This document shows, one piece after another, positions 22,401 to 32,968 of a stretch of DNA of 64,000 nucleotides (position 1 is the stretch's first letter; the number at the start of each line of letters is the position of its first letter). A program made the translations under genes and the position numbers. The stretch lies in NCBI RefSeq assembly GCF_000143415.4, contig NW_003314272.1, positions 1,150,184 to 1,214,183 of the forward strand, given 5' to 3'. The DNA comes from Selaginella moellendorffii. Taxonomy: Eukaryota > Plantae > Lycopodiophyta. The notes beneath the pieces are model-generated. The model saw nothing but the letters and a program-made list of their open reading frames with translations. It was not told the origin of the DNA and did not search any database.

Positions 22401-25400
22401 TCATCTGCTTGAGTATTGTTTCATAATTTATTTATTTTCTTTTTCAGAACACACGTTCCAAACAGCTCATGAACATTATTGATGATTATCTAAAGCAACA
22501 ATTTGGCTCATATGGACGCATTGAGCGAGGAATGGATGCACAGGTTCGTCAGGCATCTCTCACAAGGTTCAACTCGCAGGACTCTAGCTGTTTTGCACTT
22601 CTTCTCGAGCGCGGTGCTGCTACATCTATTCCAAATCAGCTCACGGCCGTCGACGCGGTTTTTATCTACGACAGCGACTGGAACCCATGGAGTGACACAA
22701 CGTGCATCCGAAAGCTTGGTCTCAACAACGTGACCGTGTATAGACTGTACAGCTGCCTCACTGTGGAGGAAAAGATTCTTGATGGAGCACGGGAGGATGT
22801 GGTGTCAATCGAACGCCAACTTAAGAATTTGAGCTTGAAAGCAATGCAAGAGATGCTTCGTTGGGGTGCGGCGGCTCTACTACAGATGGACGACTGGTGT
22901 ACACAAAATGATGCAGTTACGGATCCAAGGAGAGGATGGAATGGTGCAACGGTCCCAAACGAGATTGGCAAACAACTGTTTTCTCTAGATGACGATGAAG
23001 TGAAGGCTGTTTCTCTTGGCAACCACGGAACACATCTCAGCGACAAAGCTCGAGCGATTTTGTCACACAGAGATGCGTCGTCCAAAGGAGTTCCTCTTTA
23101 TGGTGTATCGTCCAAGGCTTGTGAAGACGGAAATTCGACGGCGGCGGATGAGTTCTGGTCCCCGCTTCTCAAGGGTAAACGCGAAAAGTCGCTCCAGTTA
23201 CAGGGACAAAGAACGCGAAAGCCAGTTGAATATCGAGATTTTGAAGACATATCAAAGAGAAAGAAAAGGAAACTTACGTCACCAAGTTACCTAGCGGCCC
23301 ACGGCGGTAAGATAAGTGTTTTGATGCTTGGGCTAGAATCGTACTCTTTTGTTGTTTATTACAGAGCTACGGCAAGTGGATGCTTCTGATACAGTCCGTC
23401 CGACTCCTGATGCTTCAACCCAGGTAGCAGCACCTCCAGTTTCGCAAAGTTCTGGAGGTCGTGTAACAACTTCGAGCAGCCAACGAGAGGAGCAGCTTGA
23501 GCGTCTCAGCAGTTTGCAGGGAGAGCTGATGTCCCTGGGCGAGTTCATAGAGTTACCAGTAAGCAGTGCTTGGGCTTTAACTGTTTGCAGTTGTCTCACT
23601 CGACTTTCTTTCGTAGGAGAATGTACTAAAGCGCGCGTTGGAATTGCTCACTTTCGTGGTAAAGAACCTGCGGATGAATAATAATTTCCGTCACGAGGTG
23701 GAGTTGTCCTTGGTATGTTCTATATTTAATATTCGTGTTTTTAGCTTCTGAAAGACTTATGCCTTCTTCTTGGCAGTGCTGGATTGCAGCAGAACAGATG
23801 GGCGTTGACTTCGACAAAGTGGTGGCGACTTTAGCGGCAACGAGCGAGGGGTTTAATGTGGACGAGCAGTCGCTGGAGGCTGTTCACAACAAGCTCAAGA
23901 TAGCTTTGGGGGCCTTTCCTGCGTCTCGTTCACAAAACGGACAGTCTCCAACGGTAGCTGCCACGGAAAAAACCCAGCCAGCGGCTGTGTCACCACGGGC
24001 TTCTTTAGATTCTCCTCCCGGGGGATGTCGTGTATCGGTAGAAAAAAGGGACCTGTTGGAAGAAAAAAAGCAGGAACTGAAGACGAGGAGGAAAGCCCAG
24101 ACTCAAAAGCTCCTGAACTCTCAAAAGCGAGTGTGGTGCGAGCTTATGGAGAACGAAACCAAGCAAAAGGTCCACCTTGAGAAGGTTTACGAAGCTGAAT
24201 GCAGAACTATTCAAGCGTTGGGGACGGCTGAGAGTAGCCGGCTGCTAGCAGAGAAAGCCGAGGAACACAAGTTACGGGTGAAAGAACTTCAGACGCGGCT
24301 AGATAAGGAGAGAAGGGAATTGGGAGAGAGACAAACGTTCACGAGGAACAGGATGGGCGCGTTCTTTGCTGATCGGCTAAAGCAGCTGGACAACGGTGTT
24401 ATGCCAATTGATACTACTCCGGCAACCGACAATACCGCTGAATTGCGGGAATGTCAACCTGAAAGTTCCGCCAACTTTAGCCACAAGGAACAGCAACTTC
24501 CGCGAGAAAGCGATGATCTCGGGCGTGGAAATTCTCGTGGTGTCCGTCAACAGCAATCTCCATGTGAGCAGCAAGCAGATCCTCCCATGATCCAGAGTGA
24601 AGACACTCCTGCTCGACCGCGAGTTTCTTCCGTTTCTATGACCACTGCGGAAGCCTCGCATCCTGTGCTTCCTGAAGCCCCCGTTCCAGCTCCTGAAATT
24701 GGTTCTAGCACAAGAGAAGAAGTCTCCGTTCCTGCTATCAGAAGTAAAGTAACTCAAGTTTATGCGAGCAGAAGCGAAGAAGTTCCAGTTCCGAACGTTC
24801 CTGCGAGCAGAAGACAAGAAGTTCAGCCTCCAAGCATTCCAGCGAGCAGGACAACTTCCATTGCTGCGAGCCGAAGAGAGGTAGTTCCGCTTACACGGGA
24901 CGCTGCTATTGCTGCGAGCGGAAGAGAAGAAGTTCCAGTTACACGGGATGTTTCTATTGCTGCGAGCGGAAGAGCAGAAGCTCCGGCTGTTCCGGCTCCT
25001 GCGAGCAGAAGGGAAGAAGCCCCTCTTCCTGCGAGAACAGTAGAGGAAGTTCCACTTGCAAGTGACGTCGTCCCACCGCCAGCCAGCAGAAGCCAAGTCC
25101 CACCCGAGATCCCAGCGAGTAGAAGCCAGCAAGGACCAGCGACCGGGAGCCGAGCCGCAGTCGTTATTGCGTTACCAGCCAGCAGAGGCCAGGAAGAATT
25201 TCCACGTACTACTAGTGGTCGGGCCAACGAAATCTTTGCAGGGAACAGAAGTCAAGTTGTCGTTGCGCTTCCTGCAACGGGTCAGATTCATGCTGAAGCT
25301 CCTCTTCCTCTTGGCCAGAGTCCGCGGGTTCCACAGCAGCCGGTTTCCAACTTTGTGCCGCCAGCGCGCCTGTCTTCGCACTACGATCCACTGTCGCTGG

Positions 25401-26426
25401 AGGAGACGAGGCTGCAGAAAGAGATGGAGAAGATCAAGAAGGCGCGCGACGACGAGGTTGGTTTCATCAGCCTTTCTTTGCTCAACTTCCTCGTATTTGA
25501 GTTCAGGTGGCAAGGCTTTCGAAAGAACTGGAGGCGTTGAAACGGAAGCTCGAGGACGAGTGCAAAGCGTTCGCCCAGAAGGCGGAAGCGTTACAAGGCA
25601 ACCTTGCAGCGGTGGCTGCCCAACGCCGCTTATCCGAGGCGCTAAGGCTGAAAGACAGCGTGCGCCTCAAAGGTACTATTTCATTTCTCCCTGTTTCTTT
25701 ACAGCCATGCGTGGTTTCTCAGGATCTCCCGGACCGCCAGCTCCGGCAAGCGTGTGGCACAACTCCGTCATGGACTTCGCCGCCATCGCGGGCGCCAACT
25801 CGCGGCCGCAAGCTCTGGCCGGCTCCTCCTCTCCAATGGCCGCGATCTACAACACGCAGCATGGGATACTCAGAGTCCCAGGGCAGCACTTTGGCCAGCA
25901 GCAGCATCCTCAGCAGGTGATGGTCTTCCCGCCGCCATCGCCAACCAACGCGACACGAGCTCCAGATCTCCTCCGGCCAATCTCTCCCAGCTTCGCCACC
26001 CCATCAACGCAGCAGACGCATCACCATACGAGGCTCCAGTTCGTGCCAGTCTCAGCTTCTACGATGATGATGACGAGTCCAGCAGTAGCACCGCCTTCTC
26101 CCACGGTGGTGGCCACGACTCAAGAGCTCATGAACGCCCGCGTCAGCTCGCAGGTAATGTACAGGAACATAAGCGAGAACCTGCGGCTGTCCTGGTTGAA
26201 CCAGGCTCACACAGGGACAGGCGGCGGCGGCGGTAGCTTTAGTAACACAGGAGTAGTACCAGCTGCCGCGGCCACTGACGTAGCTGTGGATCACGCGGCT
26301 CAAGCTAGCGCCAGTTCTGTAGCACGAGTTCTAGCCGGAGGCAACGCATTTATCGCCCAGCACCCTCTGGACTCCCGGGTGAGCTTGGGACACGCTGACT
26401 ACATCTGCTTATCAGACGAGGAGTAG
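19486..26426 (+). CDS. MOM1: MOM1 transcriptional silencing factor (CW, PHD, two chromodomains, degenerate SNF2, CMM1-3)
   Basis: PHD CQVC…YHFHCLVPPL…GWYC; chromodomains YYVKWRGRAHLYD and WLVKWTQLGYEQSTWE; SNF2-like ASGKLELM and YDSDWNP; CMM1 …VELSL|CWIAA; CMM2 DPLSLEETRLQKE…LSEALRLK; CMM3 DYICLSDEE*. Confidence 0.88.
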
Positions 26427-26613
26427 GGAAAGAGAAAACTGTTCGAGTGACTTACTAGGAGAACACAAGGGGACATAGGAAAACGAACAAACGCTGTTCG
26501 CAATTTTGGCTTTTACACTTCTGGAAGATCTCTGAAAGAAGCACGAGAGCGAGGTTTAGAGAAGATGTGATAATAGTAGTAGTAAAAGAAGCTACGAACC
26601 TTTTCACTAGCTG

Positions 26614-29460
26614 TCAGTCTCCAGTGATCATGGCGTCTGCGTCCCTGTTTGCTGCAGCCATGGCTTCTACGTCGACAAACTCGGTTGGATCTTGCTGTGC
26701 TACTCCTGCTGCTGATGATGGCGGCGATGAGCCATGCTGACTCCAAGCTGCCTGTTCTTGCGGTGTTTGTTCTTGTTGTCCGGCTTGGACAACGCCTTGC
26801 TGGTTCCAGGAAGCGTGAGCGTGAGCTTCCCACGGCGCTGGAATGGGACGAGTTGCCGGAGGGAGGAGCTCCATGTACGAAGGCATTGCTGGATCGGCCG
26901 CTAGAGAGCCACTGCCGTTGAGAACTCTGGGACTGGACAGGGAGCCGCTCTTGCTGTACACGAGCTCCGTCCTGCCGGCAGAGTAGATGGCGGACGTCGT
27001 AGTTTCCGGGAGTCTCAGCTCGATTCCAAAGCCGCCGCCGCCGCTACCGTTTCCACCACCGCTGCCTCCGCCATCTTGCTCCATCCCGCCAGGCGAGCCG
27101 TTTTCGTAGCACCCCGGTGGCAGCTCGCCAACGCCGACGCCGCCACCTTCAAATGCGTCCTTTTTCTGCCTCTTCCACCGCTTGGTCGACGAAGTACCGT
27201 CGTCCTCAAAGTCCTCTTCGCTCCTCTCCGTGTGGAGGTAGAGCCAGAGCTTCCTCTCGCCGTCGTAGCGTACGCACGGATCTCTCTCGTAGTGAAGCCT
27301 GTCCAAGGCACCACTCACCACCTGGTGAACTTGAGCCTCGGAAACGTCCTCGACAACGAACTGTGAGTCCCGGATCAATGCACACACGTCCGCCCGTGTC
27401 CCCACGCCACCAGGAAGCCGAGCAGCAGCGTCCCTCACCAGGCACAGAATCGTGACGTGCGGAGGCCGGTCCGGCTTGAGCATGGAATGGTCCCTGGCTT
27501 TGGAGTTCGGCTTTCCCCCGCCTCTTCTCAAAGGAGCCACCACCGACTTTTGCCCGTCCGAGCGCGTGTAAGCAAACGCCCGGTCTGGTACCGAGTAGCG
27601 AAGTATTTCCTCCTTCCGGAAGTAGGACCTCATGTCTTCCGAGCTCGGCGCGATGGTTATCAGACTCTTCTGCGCTCGCATGTCCCTGAATCTCTCCCTC
27701 TCGTCCACGGCCGCCGAGGCAACCGGAGGCGGCGGAAGTTGCAACTGGACCATTTGCTGCCGAGTTTCTTCGCCGTGCTTGTACCACGTCGCAAACGCTT
27801 CTTCCAGCTTCGAAAGGATCTTGGACGGTACACCCCAGTCGTCCGCCAGCATGTTGCCAGACTCGTCCACAGATCCCTGGGGGCCGATCCAGTACCAAGA
27901 CTTCGACTCCTTCTCGTAAGTCGTGAGCGGCTTCCACCCCTTGGCTCCGGCAGGAGCAATCTTGGATGATAGGACTTTCAATGCTCCCCACGCTAAGTCT
28001 TGCAGTGGCTCCTGAGCCTGGAGGACTTTTCGATCCCCTGGATTTTCCTGCACTCTGCTGACAACCTCCGAGAAGGGAACGCAGAAAAAACCAGCTTTTG
28101 CTGCGCCATCGTCACTGCCGTTGTCATCAGTCGGACTCGACGGGCCACTGCTGGCATTCTTTGATAACGCTGCGTCAACGTTGGGGCCACTGTCCTTGGC
28201 CGGCGTCAGCAAAGCTCGCCTCAGAGCCGACAGGAACAAGATGATCGAAAATGGGAAGGTGACTCCCAGTTTCTTGATAACCTTCGACGGTGGTGGAGAT
28301 TCCGAAACCTCTTTCTCAGCCGCCACCTTTTTCTTCGTCTTCTTCTTCTGCTCTGCCTCCTCGTTCCCTGGCTCGGCCTTCGCCACTCCAACGTCCACAA
28401 GAGCTTGCATTCTCTGCTTTCCCACACTGGAAGCCTTCTTGTCACTATCTTCCGAGCTCGTCATACTCTCATCCTCCCTGGTCCGCTTGGCCACCGAAGC
28501 CCTCTCCACATTCGACTTCCTCTTCTTCTCGCCACTCGTCAGCGAGGAGCTTGTATTCCCGCCACCACCACCACTGTCATTTCCAAAGGCCTCCGGATCA
28601 TCCGAGACTGGAGACGCCGCGTTCTCAGCCTTCCCAGGAACAGACTTCTTCACAACACCACCTTTGGAGGCAGCTCTCCCAGCCTTTGCTAAGCCCGGCT
28701 TAGCTACAGCTCCCTTCGCTACCATCCTCGTGTTCCCATGCACGGCTTCAGCCACTGGCTCGGCAGCCTTGCTCTTCAACGCATCCTTCACTGTCTCGGG
28801 CATCTTCGCCTTCTGGACAGCCTTGAAAGTCTTCTCAGCCACCTTTGGGAGCTGCGGCTTCACCTTGGTGTCCTTCCACTTCCTCCAAATCTCTAGCCTC
28901 CCCTCGATCTCCACGTCCGGATACTCCTCCCACAGCTTTTGCATCTCCACGAACGAGCTCACCATGGAATTGTGGTACTTTCTCAGCAGCTGGTAGTGCT
29001 CTTTCCTCTGGAGACACTTAATCCCGTCCGAGTACTGCACCACATTGGGCTGGCAATGTCCTCCTTTCAAGCTCTCGAACAACTGGGCCATTGGATTCCC
29101 GAAGAAGATATTGCTAGTGCCCGAGAGAAGCTCCTTGAGCGTCGTCGCAAATGCCTCCTGGTCGATCTCCGGGGGCATGAAAGCCATGAGCTGCTCCCTC
29201 TCCTCCTCGGACAAGTAGAAATTCCAAGTCTCCAGGGACAAAATGTTCTTCAAGTCGGGAAGATCAAACAGCTCGAATGGGAAGCTGGCGATGGATTCCC
29301 CGACCTGGCAAGTCTCCATACCCTTGTCCGAGAGCTCCGATTCCGTAGAAACCTCCGAATCCTCGAGCTTCACCGCCAGCATTCTCCGGGGCGCAGCGGC
29401 GCCGGCATCGCTCGACGATCTAGCACCGCCAGCCCTGTGATTGTTGGCGAGAATCGCCAT
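26614..29460 (-). CDS. NFRKB: NFRKB-like INO80 complex subunit
   Basis: 948-aa intronless ORF. DEUBAD-like ILSLETWNFYLSEEEREQLMAFMP. Winged-helix region ARDHSMLKPDRPPHVTILCLVRDAAARLPGGVGTRADVCALIRDSQF…SGALDRLHYERDPCV. Confidence 0.9.
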   Translation of the reverse strand: MAILANNHRAGGARSSSDAGAAAPRRMLAVKLEDSEVSTESELSDKGMETCQVGESIASFPFELFDLPDLKNILSLETWNFYLSEEEREQLMAFMPPEIDQEAFATTLKELLSGTSNIFFGNPMAQLFESLKGGHCQPNVVQYSDGIKCLQRKEHYQLLRKYHNSMVSSFVEMQKLWEEYPDVEIEGRLEIWRKWKDTKVKPQLPKVAEKTFKAVQKAKMPETVKDALKSKAAEPVAEAVHGNTRMVAKGAVAKPGLAKAGRAASKGGVVKKSVPGKAENAASPVSDDPEAFGNDSGGGGGNTSSSLTSGEKKRKSNVERASVAKRTREDESMTSSEDSDKKASSVGKQRMQALVDVGVAKAEPGNEEAEQKKKTKKKVAAEKEVSESPPPSKVIKKLGVTFPFSIILFLSALRRALLTPAKDSGPNVDAALSKNASSGPSSPTDDNGSDDGAAKAGFFCVPFSEVVSRVQENPGDRKVLQAQEPLQDLAWGALKVLSSKIAPAGAKGWKPLTTYEKESKSWYWIGPQGSVDESGNMLADDWGVPSKILSKLEEAFATWYKHGEETRQQMVQLQLPPPPVASAAVDERERFRDMRAQKSLITIAPSSEDMRSYFRKEEILRYSVPDRAFAYTRSDGQKSVVAPLRRGGGKPNSKARDHSMLKPDRPPHVTILCLVRDAAARLPGGVGTRADVCALIRDSQFVVEDVSEAQVHQVVSGALDRLHYERDPCVRYDGERKLWLYLHTERSEEDFEDDGTSSTKRWKRQKKDAFEGGGVGVGELPPGCYENGSPGGMEQDGGGSGGGNGSGGGGFGIELRLPETTTSAIYSAGRTELVYSKSGSLSSPRVLNGSGSLAADPAMPSYMELLPPATRPIPAPWEAHAHASWNQQGVVQAGQQEQTPQEQAAWSQHGSSPPSSAAGVAQQDPTEFVDVEAMAAANRDADAMITGD

Positions 29461-29658
29461 TTTCTCTACATCTACCTGAGCTCCACTCGCCTCCTCGATT
29501 TCTCCACTGGAGCCCTAGCTCCTAACGAACCGGGTTAGGGCTTGAGCGCCCAAAGGAATGATGACGTGGCGCTCGCCAGGCCGTTGGATAGGCCACTCCT
29601 TCTCCCTCCTCCCGGAAAGATCTTCCGCGAATGGTGCAAGCCTTCTTCCTCCTCCCGG

Positions 29659-31275
29659 ATGATTAGAACAGAGTCCAAGAGAAAGAGGAAGCTCGCCAGC
29701 GGCGCTGCCAGCAATCTCGAGTGGATTCTCGCCGCAAACGCCAATCGACAGCCCGATCTCGACACCGCTAGCTGCGCCGACCTCATCGCGGCCTGTGGAG
29801 CGGCCAGAGATCTCAATCGCGGCAAGCGCATCCGCGATTCCATCATCCAGAGGAGCCCAGCGCTGCGAGAATGCGCCTACCTCTCTACCCGCCTGATCGA
29901 GATGTTTGGGCAGTGCGAGAGCGTGGAGGACGCGCGCAGAGCTTTCGACTCCATGGCTGGCCGGGACAAATACTCGTGGAACGCGCTCCTCCAGGCATAT
30001 GCCCGGAATGGGCATCTGGAGAGCGCCAAGAATCTCTTCGACCGGATGCCACACAGGGATATTTACACGTGGACGGCGATGATGAACGCATCCGCGCAAT
30101 CCGGACAGCTTCAGCTATCCACATTTCTTTTCAACCAGATGCCGTCCAGGGACATCGTTCCATGGACGGTGTTTATCACTGCACTTGCCAAGACCTGGGA
30201 TATTCCTCGAGCTGGGGAATTACACCAAAAGATGCCCCAATGGAGCATTTTCTCTTCCACAGCGCTAATCTCTGCATACACGGAGAAGGGTTACGTTTCC
30301 CAAGCTAGAGAAATTTTTGATACTATGCCATACAAGACCGTCGTAACATGGAACGCTATGGTAACAGCCTATGCCGCAAACGGGCATATTGTTGACGCTA
30401 AGTGGGTGTTTGACAGTGCCACGGAGAGGAACGTAGTGACGTGGACTGTCCTCGTGGCGGGACTTGCCGAGTTTGGCCATGCTGACGAGGCTGCCCGGAT
30501 GCTGGAAAAAATGCCACGTAGAGACACCGTGACTTGGAATGCCGTGATGGCAGCATTTGCCCGCCAAGGGCATTTAGATGAAGCACAGAAACTATTTGAA
30601 AAGATACCCGAGAAGAACACTGCGTCTTACAATGAGGTTCTGGCAGCATTGATCGAGCAAAACCGGATGGACGAGGCGAAGAGATTGCTCGAGAGGATCC
30701 CAGATCCAGACGTGATCTCATGGACGACGCTGCTAGCAGGATTTGCCCGGTTGGGGCATCTGGGCGAAGCTCAAGCTCTCTTCGATCGGATGCCGCTACA
30801 AAACGTGGTTTCGTGGACTACCATGGTCGCGGCCTATGCCAGAAACGATCGCGCAAGCGACGCAGTGGAGATCTTCCAGTCTATGGATCTGGAAGGGATC
30901 AAACACGACGAGGTAACGTTCTTGGACATCCTCACGGCGTGCGCGCATCTCGGCCTCGTCGATCATACCCGGTTCTTCTTCCTGTCAATGTGCCAGAACC
31001 GAGGCATCGATCCGCTGCTCCACCACTACCTCTGCGTTGTGGACGCTCTCTCTCGCGCCGGGAGGCTGGGAGAGGCCGAGGAGCTTCTCTGGAGCATGCC
31101 TTTCGAGCCCGAGACCGAGGCGTGGACAACACTGCTGGGAGCTTGCCGGATCCACGGCGACGCCAATTGTGGAGCTCGGATCGGGCTTCTGATCCTCGAG
31201 CTCAATCGCGATCGAGAAGCCCATCGAGGAGCACCTTACATGCTCCTGTTTGGAATCCATGCCGAGGGAACGTAA
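29659..31275 (+). CDS. PLS-class PPR protein with truncated E domain
   Basis: Tandem 31-aa motifs (SWNALLQAYARNGHLESAKNLFDRMP). Ends HYLCVVDALSRAG…WTTLLGACRIH…APYMLL*. No DYW domain. Confidence 0.9.
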   Translation: MIRTESKRKRKLASGAASNLEWILAANANRQPDLDTASCADLIAACGAARDLNRGKRIRDSIIQRSPALRECAYLSTRLIEMFGQCESVEDARRAFDSMAGRDKYSWNALLQAYARNGHLESAKNLFDRMPHRDIYTWTAMMNASAQSGQLQLSTFLFNQMPSRDIVPWTVFITALAKTWDIPRAGELHQKMPQWSIFSSTALISAYTEKGYVSQAREIFDTMPYKTVVTWNAMVTAYAANGHIVDAKWVFDSATERNVVTWTVLVAGLAEFGHADEAARMLEKMPRRDTVTWNAVMAAFARQGHLDEAQKLFEKIPEKNTASYNEVLAALIEQNRMDEAKRLLERIPDPDVISWTTLLAGFARLGHLGEAQALFDRMPLQNVVSWTTMVAAYARNDRASDAVEIFQSMDLEGIKHDEVTFLDILTACAHLGLVDHTRFFFLSMCQNRGIDPLLHHYLCVVDALSRAGRLGEAEELLWSMPFEPETEAWTTLLGACRIHGDANCGARIGLLILELNRDREAHRGAPYMLLFGIHAEGT

Positions 31276-31284
31276 CCCGGATCA

Positions 31285-32712
31285 TCAAAAGGTGGCGGTC
31301 TTGGTTCCTCCATAGATGTTGGAGAGAAGAACATAGCTTGGAGCACAGCCAGGATCCAGCGCCAGTATGATTGTCTCAATCCTTGCCGCGCGCTTGGAGT
31401 CCCGGTGGATCTTGCAACCCGCTAGGAGCGTCGTCCAGGTGATGATCTGGGGGACGAAGGGCATGGAGTTGACGAGCTCCTCAGCAGCGTCCATTCTCCC
31501 AGCACGCCCAAGAACGTCGATCACGCAGTGGTAGTGCTCCAGGATTGGGGTCACGCCGCGGTCCAGGATCATCCACAGGAACTGCTGGACGCTCTCCTTG
31601 ACGAGCCCCGTGTGGCTATGCGCCGTGAGGACGCTCACGTATGTGATCTCGTTGGGCCGCGACGATCCATCCTGCTCCATGACCTTGAAGAGATCGAGAG
31701 CTGCAAGGAACTCGCCGCTCTGGACGTATGCCGCCAGCATCGCGTTCCAGGAGATAACGTTACGATCGGGCATGGAATCGAAGAGCTTCCGAGCTTGCAG
31801 CAAATGCCCCTTTTGAGCATACGCTGCAAAGATCACGGTCCAGGAGACCACATTGCGATCTCGCATTGTATCAAAGAGGTTCTTAGCCTGTTCCAAGTTT
31901 TGGGTGTTGACATAGAGCTGGATCATGGAATTCACAGCTTGGAGGTCCTGTTCCGGCATTTCAAGAAAGAGGTTTTGTGCTTGTAGACAATGCCCACACT
32001 GGGCAAATGCGGTGACCATAATTGTCCAAGCTATCACAGTTCTTCCCGGCATGGCATCGAAAATTCGCTTAGACTCCTCTACTCTCCTGTGCTGCGCATG
32101 GATCTGGAGGAGCGCCGTCCAGGAGATCGAATTCCTCTCGCCCATGATCTCAAACAGCGCTCGCGCCTCGCCAAGATGCCCATTTTGGGCAAATCCCACC
32201 ATCATCGTCGTCCACGACGCCCCATCCTGATAAGGCATTCGCTCAAACACCGCCACAGCCTCTAGGGTTCTTCCAGTGCCCATGAATGCCGCGCACAGCG
32301 CGTTCCACGACACGAGATTCCGGCGCTCCATGCTCGCGAAGAGGCGGCGCGATTCCCCCAGGCGGCCTCGCTGGGCATTGGCCGTGATGAGCGAGTTCCA
32401 CGACACCAGATCCCTGTCGGGCGAGCTCTCCAGCATCTCGTGCGCGCGATCGAGGTCGCCGTTGATCGCGTAGGCGTGCGTGATGATGTTCCAGGAGAAT
32501 CGATTGGGCGGCGCGATGCCGTCGAACACCATGCGCGCCTCGTCCACGCTGCCGCACCGGCTGTACATCTCGATGAGGAGATTCGCGAGGTAGCGATTGG
32601 CGTGGTGCTCGCCCTGCCGGATCCGTGCGTGGAGCTTCCGCCCCTCGGCGATGTCCTTGGCCCTGCCGCAGATCTTGACAAGCTCCGCCAGGGACTGCAC
32701 GATTCTCCCCAT
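31285..32712 (-). CDS. PLS-class PPR protein with truncated E domain
   Basis: Tandem PPR motifs. Ends EHYHCVIDVLGRAG…WTTLLAGCKIH…SYVLLSNIY. No DYW domain. Confidence 0.9.
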   Translation of the reverse strand: MGRIVQSLAELVKICGRAKDIAEGRKLHARIRQGEHHANRYLANLLIEMYSRCGSVDEARMVFDGIAPPNRFSWNIITHAYAINGDLDRAHEMLESSPDRDLVSWNSLITANAQRGRLGESRRLFASMERRNLVSWNALCAAFMGTGRTLEAVAVFERMPYQDGASWTTMMVGFAQNGHLGEARALFEIMGERNSISWTALLQIHAQHRRVEESKRIFDAMPGRTVIAWTIMVTAFAQCGHCLQAQNLFLEMPEQDLQAVNSMIQLYVNTQNLEQAKNLFDTMRDRNVVSWTVIFAAYAQKGHLLQARKLFDSMPDRNVISWNAMLAAYVQSGEFLAALDLFKVMEQDGSSRPNEITYVSVLTAHSHTGLVKESVQQFLWMILDRGVTPILEHYHCVIDVLGRAGRMDAAEELVNSMPFVPQIITWTTLLAGCKIHRDSKRAARIETIILALDPGCAPSYVLLSNIYGGTKTATF

Positions 32713-32968
32713 TGCTCGCCATGCTCCCCAAGAACACCAAACGAATCTGGGCCGTCTATTCTCAAGAACACCGCGAATCCGAGCCGTCCATTTTGAAAGG
32801 AAGGGGCCGAGCACCATGGAAAAAGCCCTAGAAGCGGGAGACTAGCTCACGGCCGGCATGGAGGTAACGCGTCGTATTCTCGTTCTTTGCAGGGTGAGGG
32901 TGATCTCCCACTATTCCAGCACAGTGCTTCCAGGATTCCATGATCGATCTTCTTTCTTCTCATCCGCC

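Noticed and set aside
26649-29538. Long antisense and alternative-frame ORFs over NFRKB (similar ones over RING, PPR and PRP31)
   Set aside because: Shadow ORFs expected from GC-rich codon usage.
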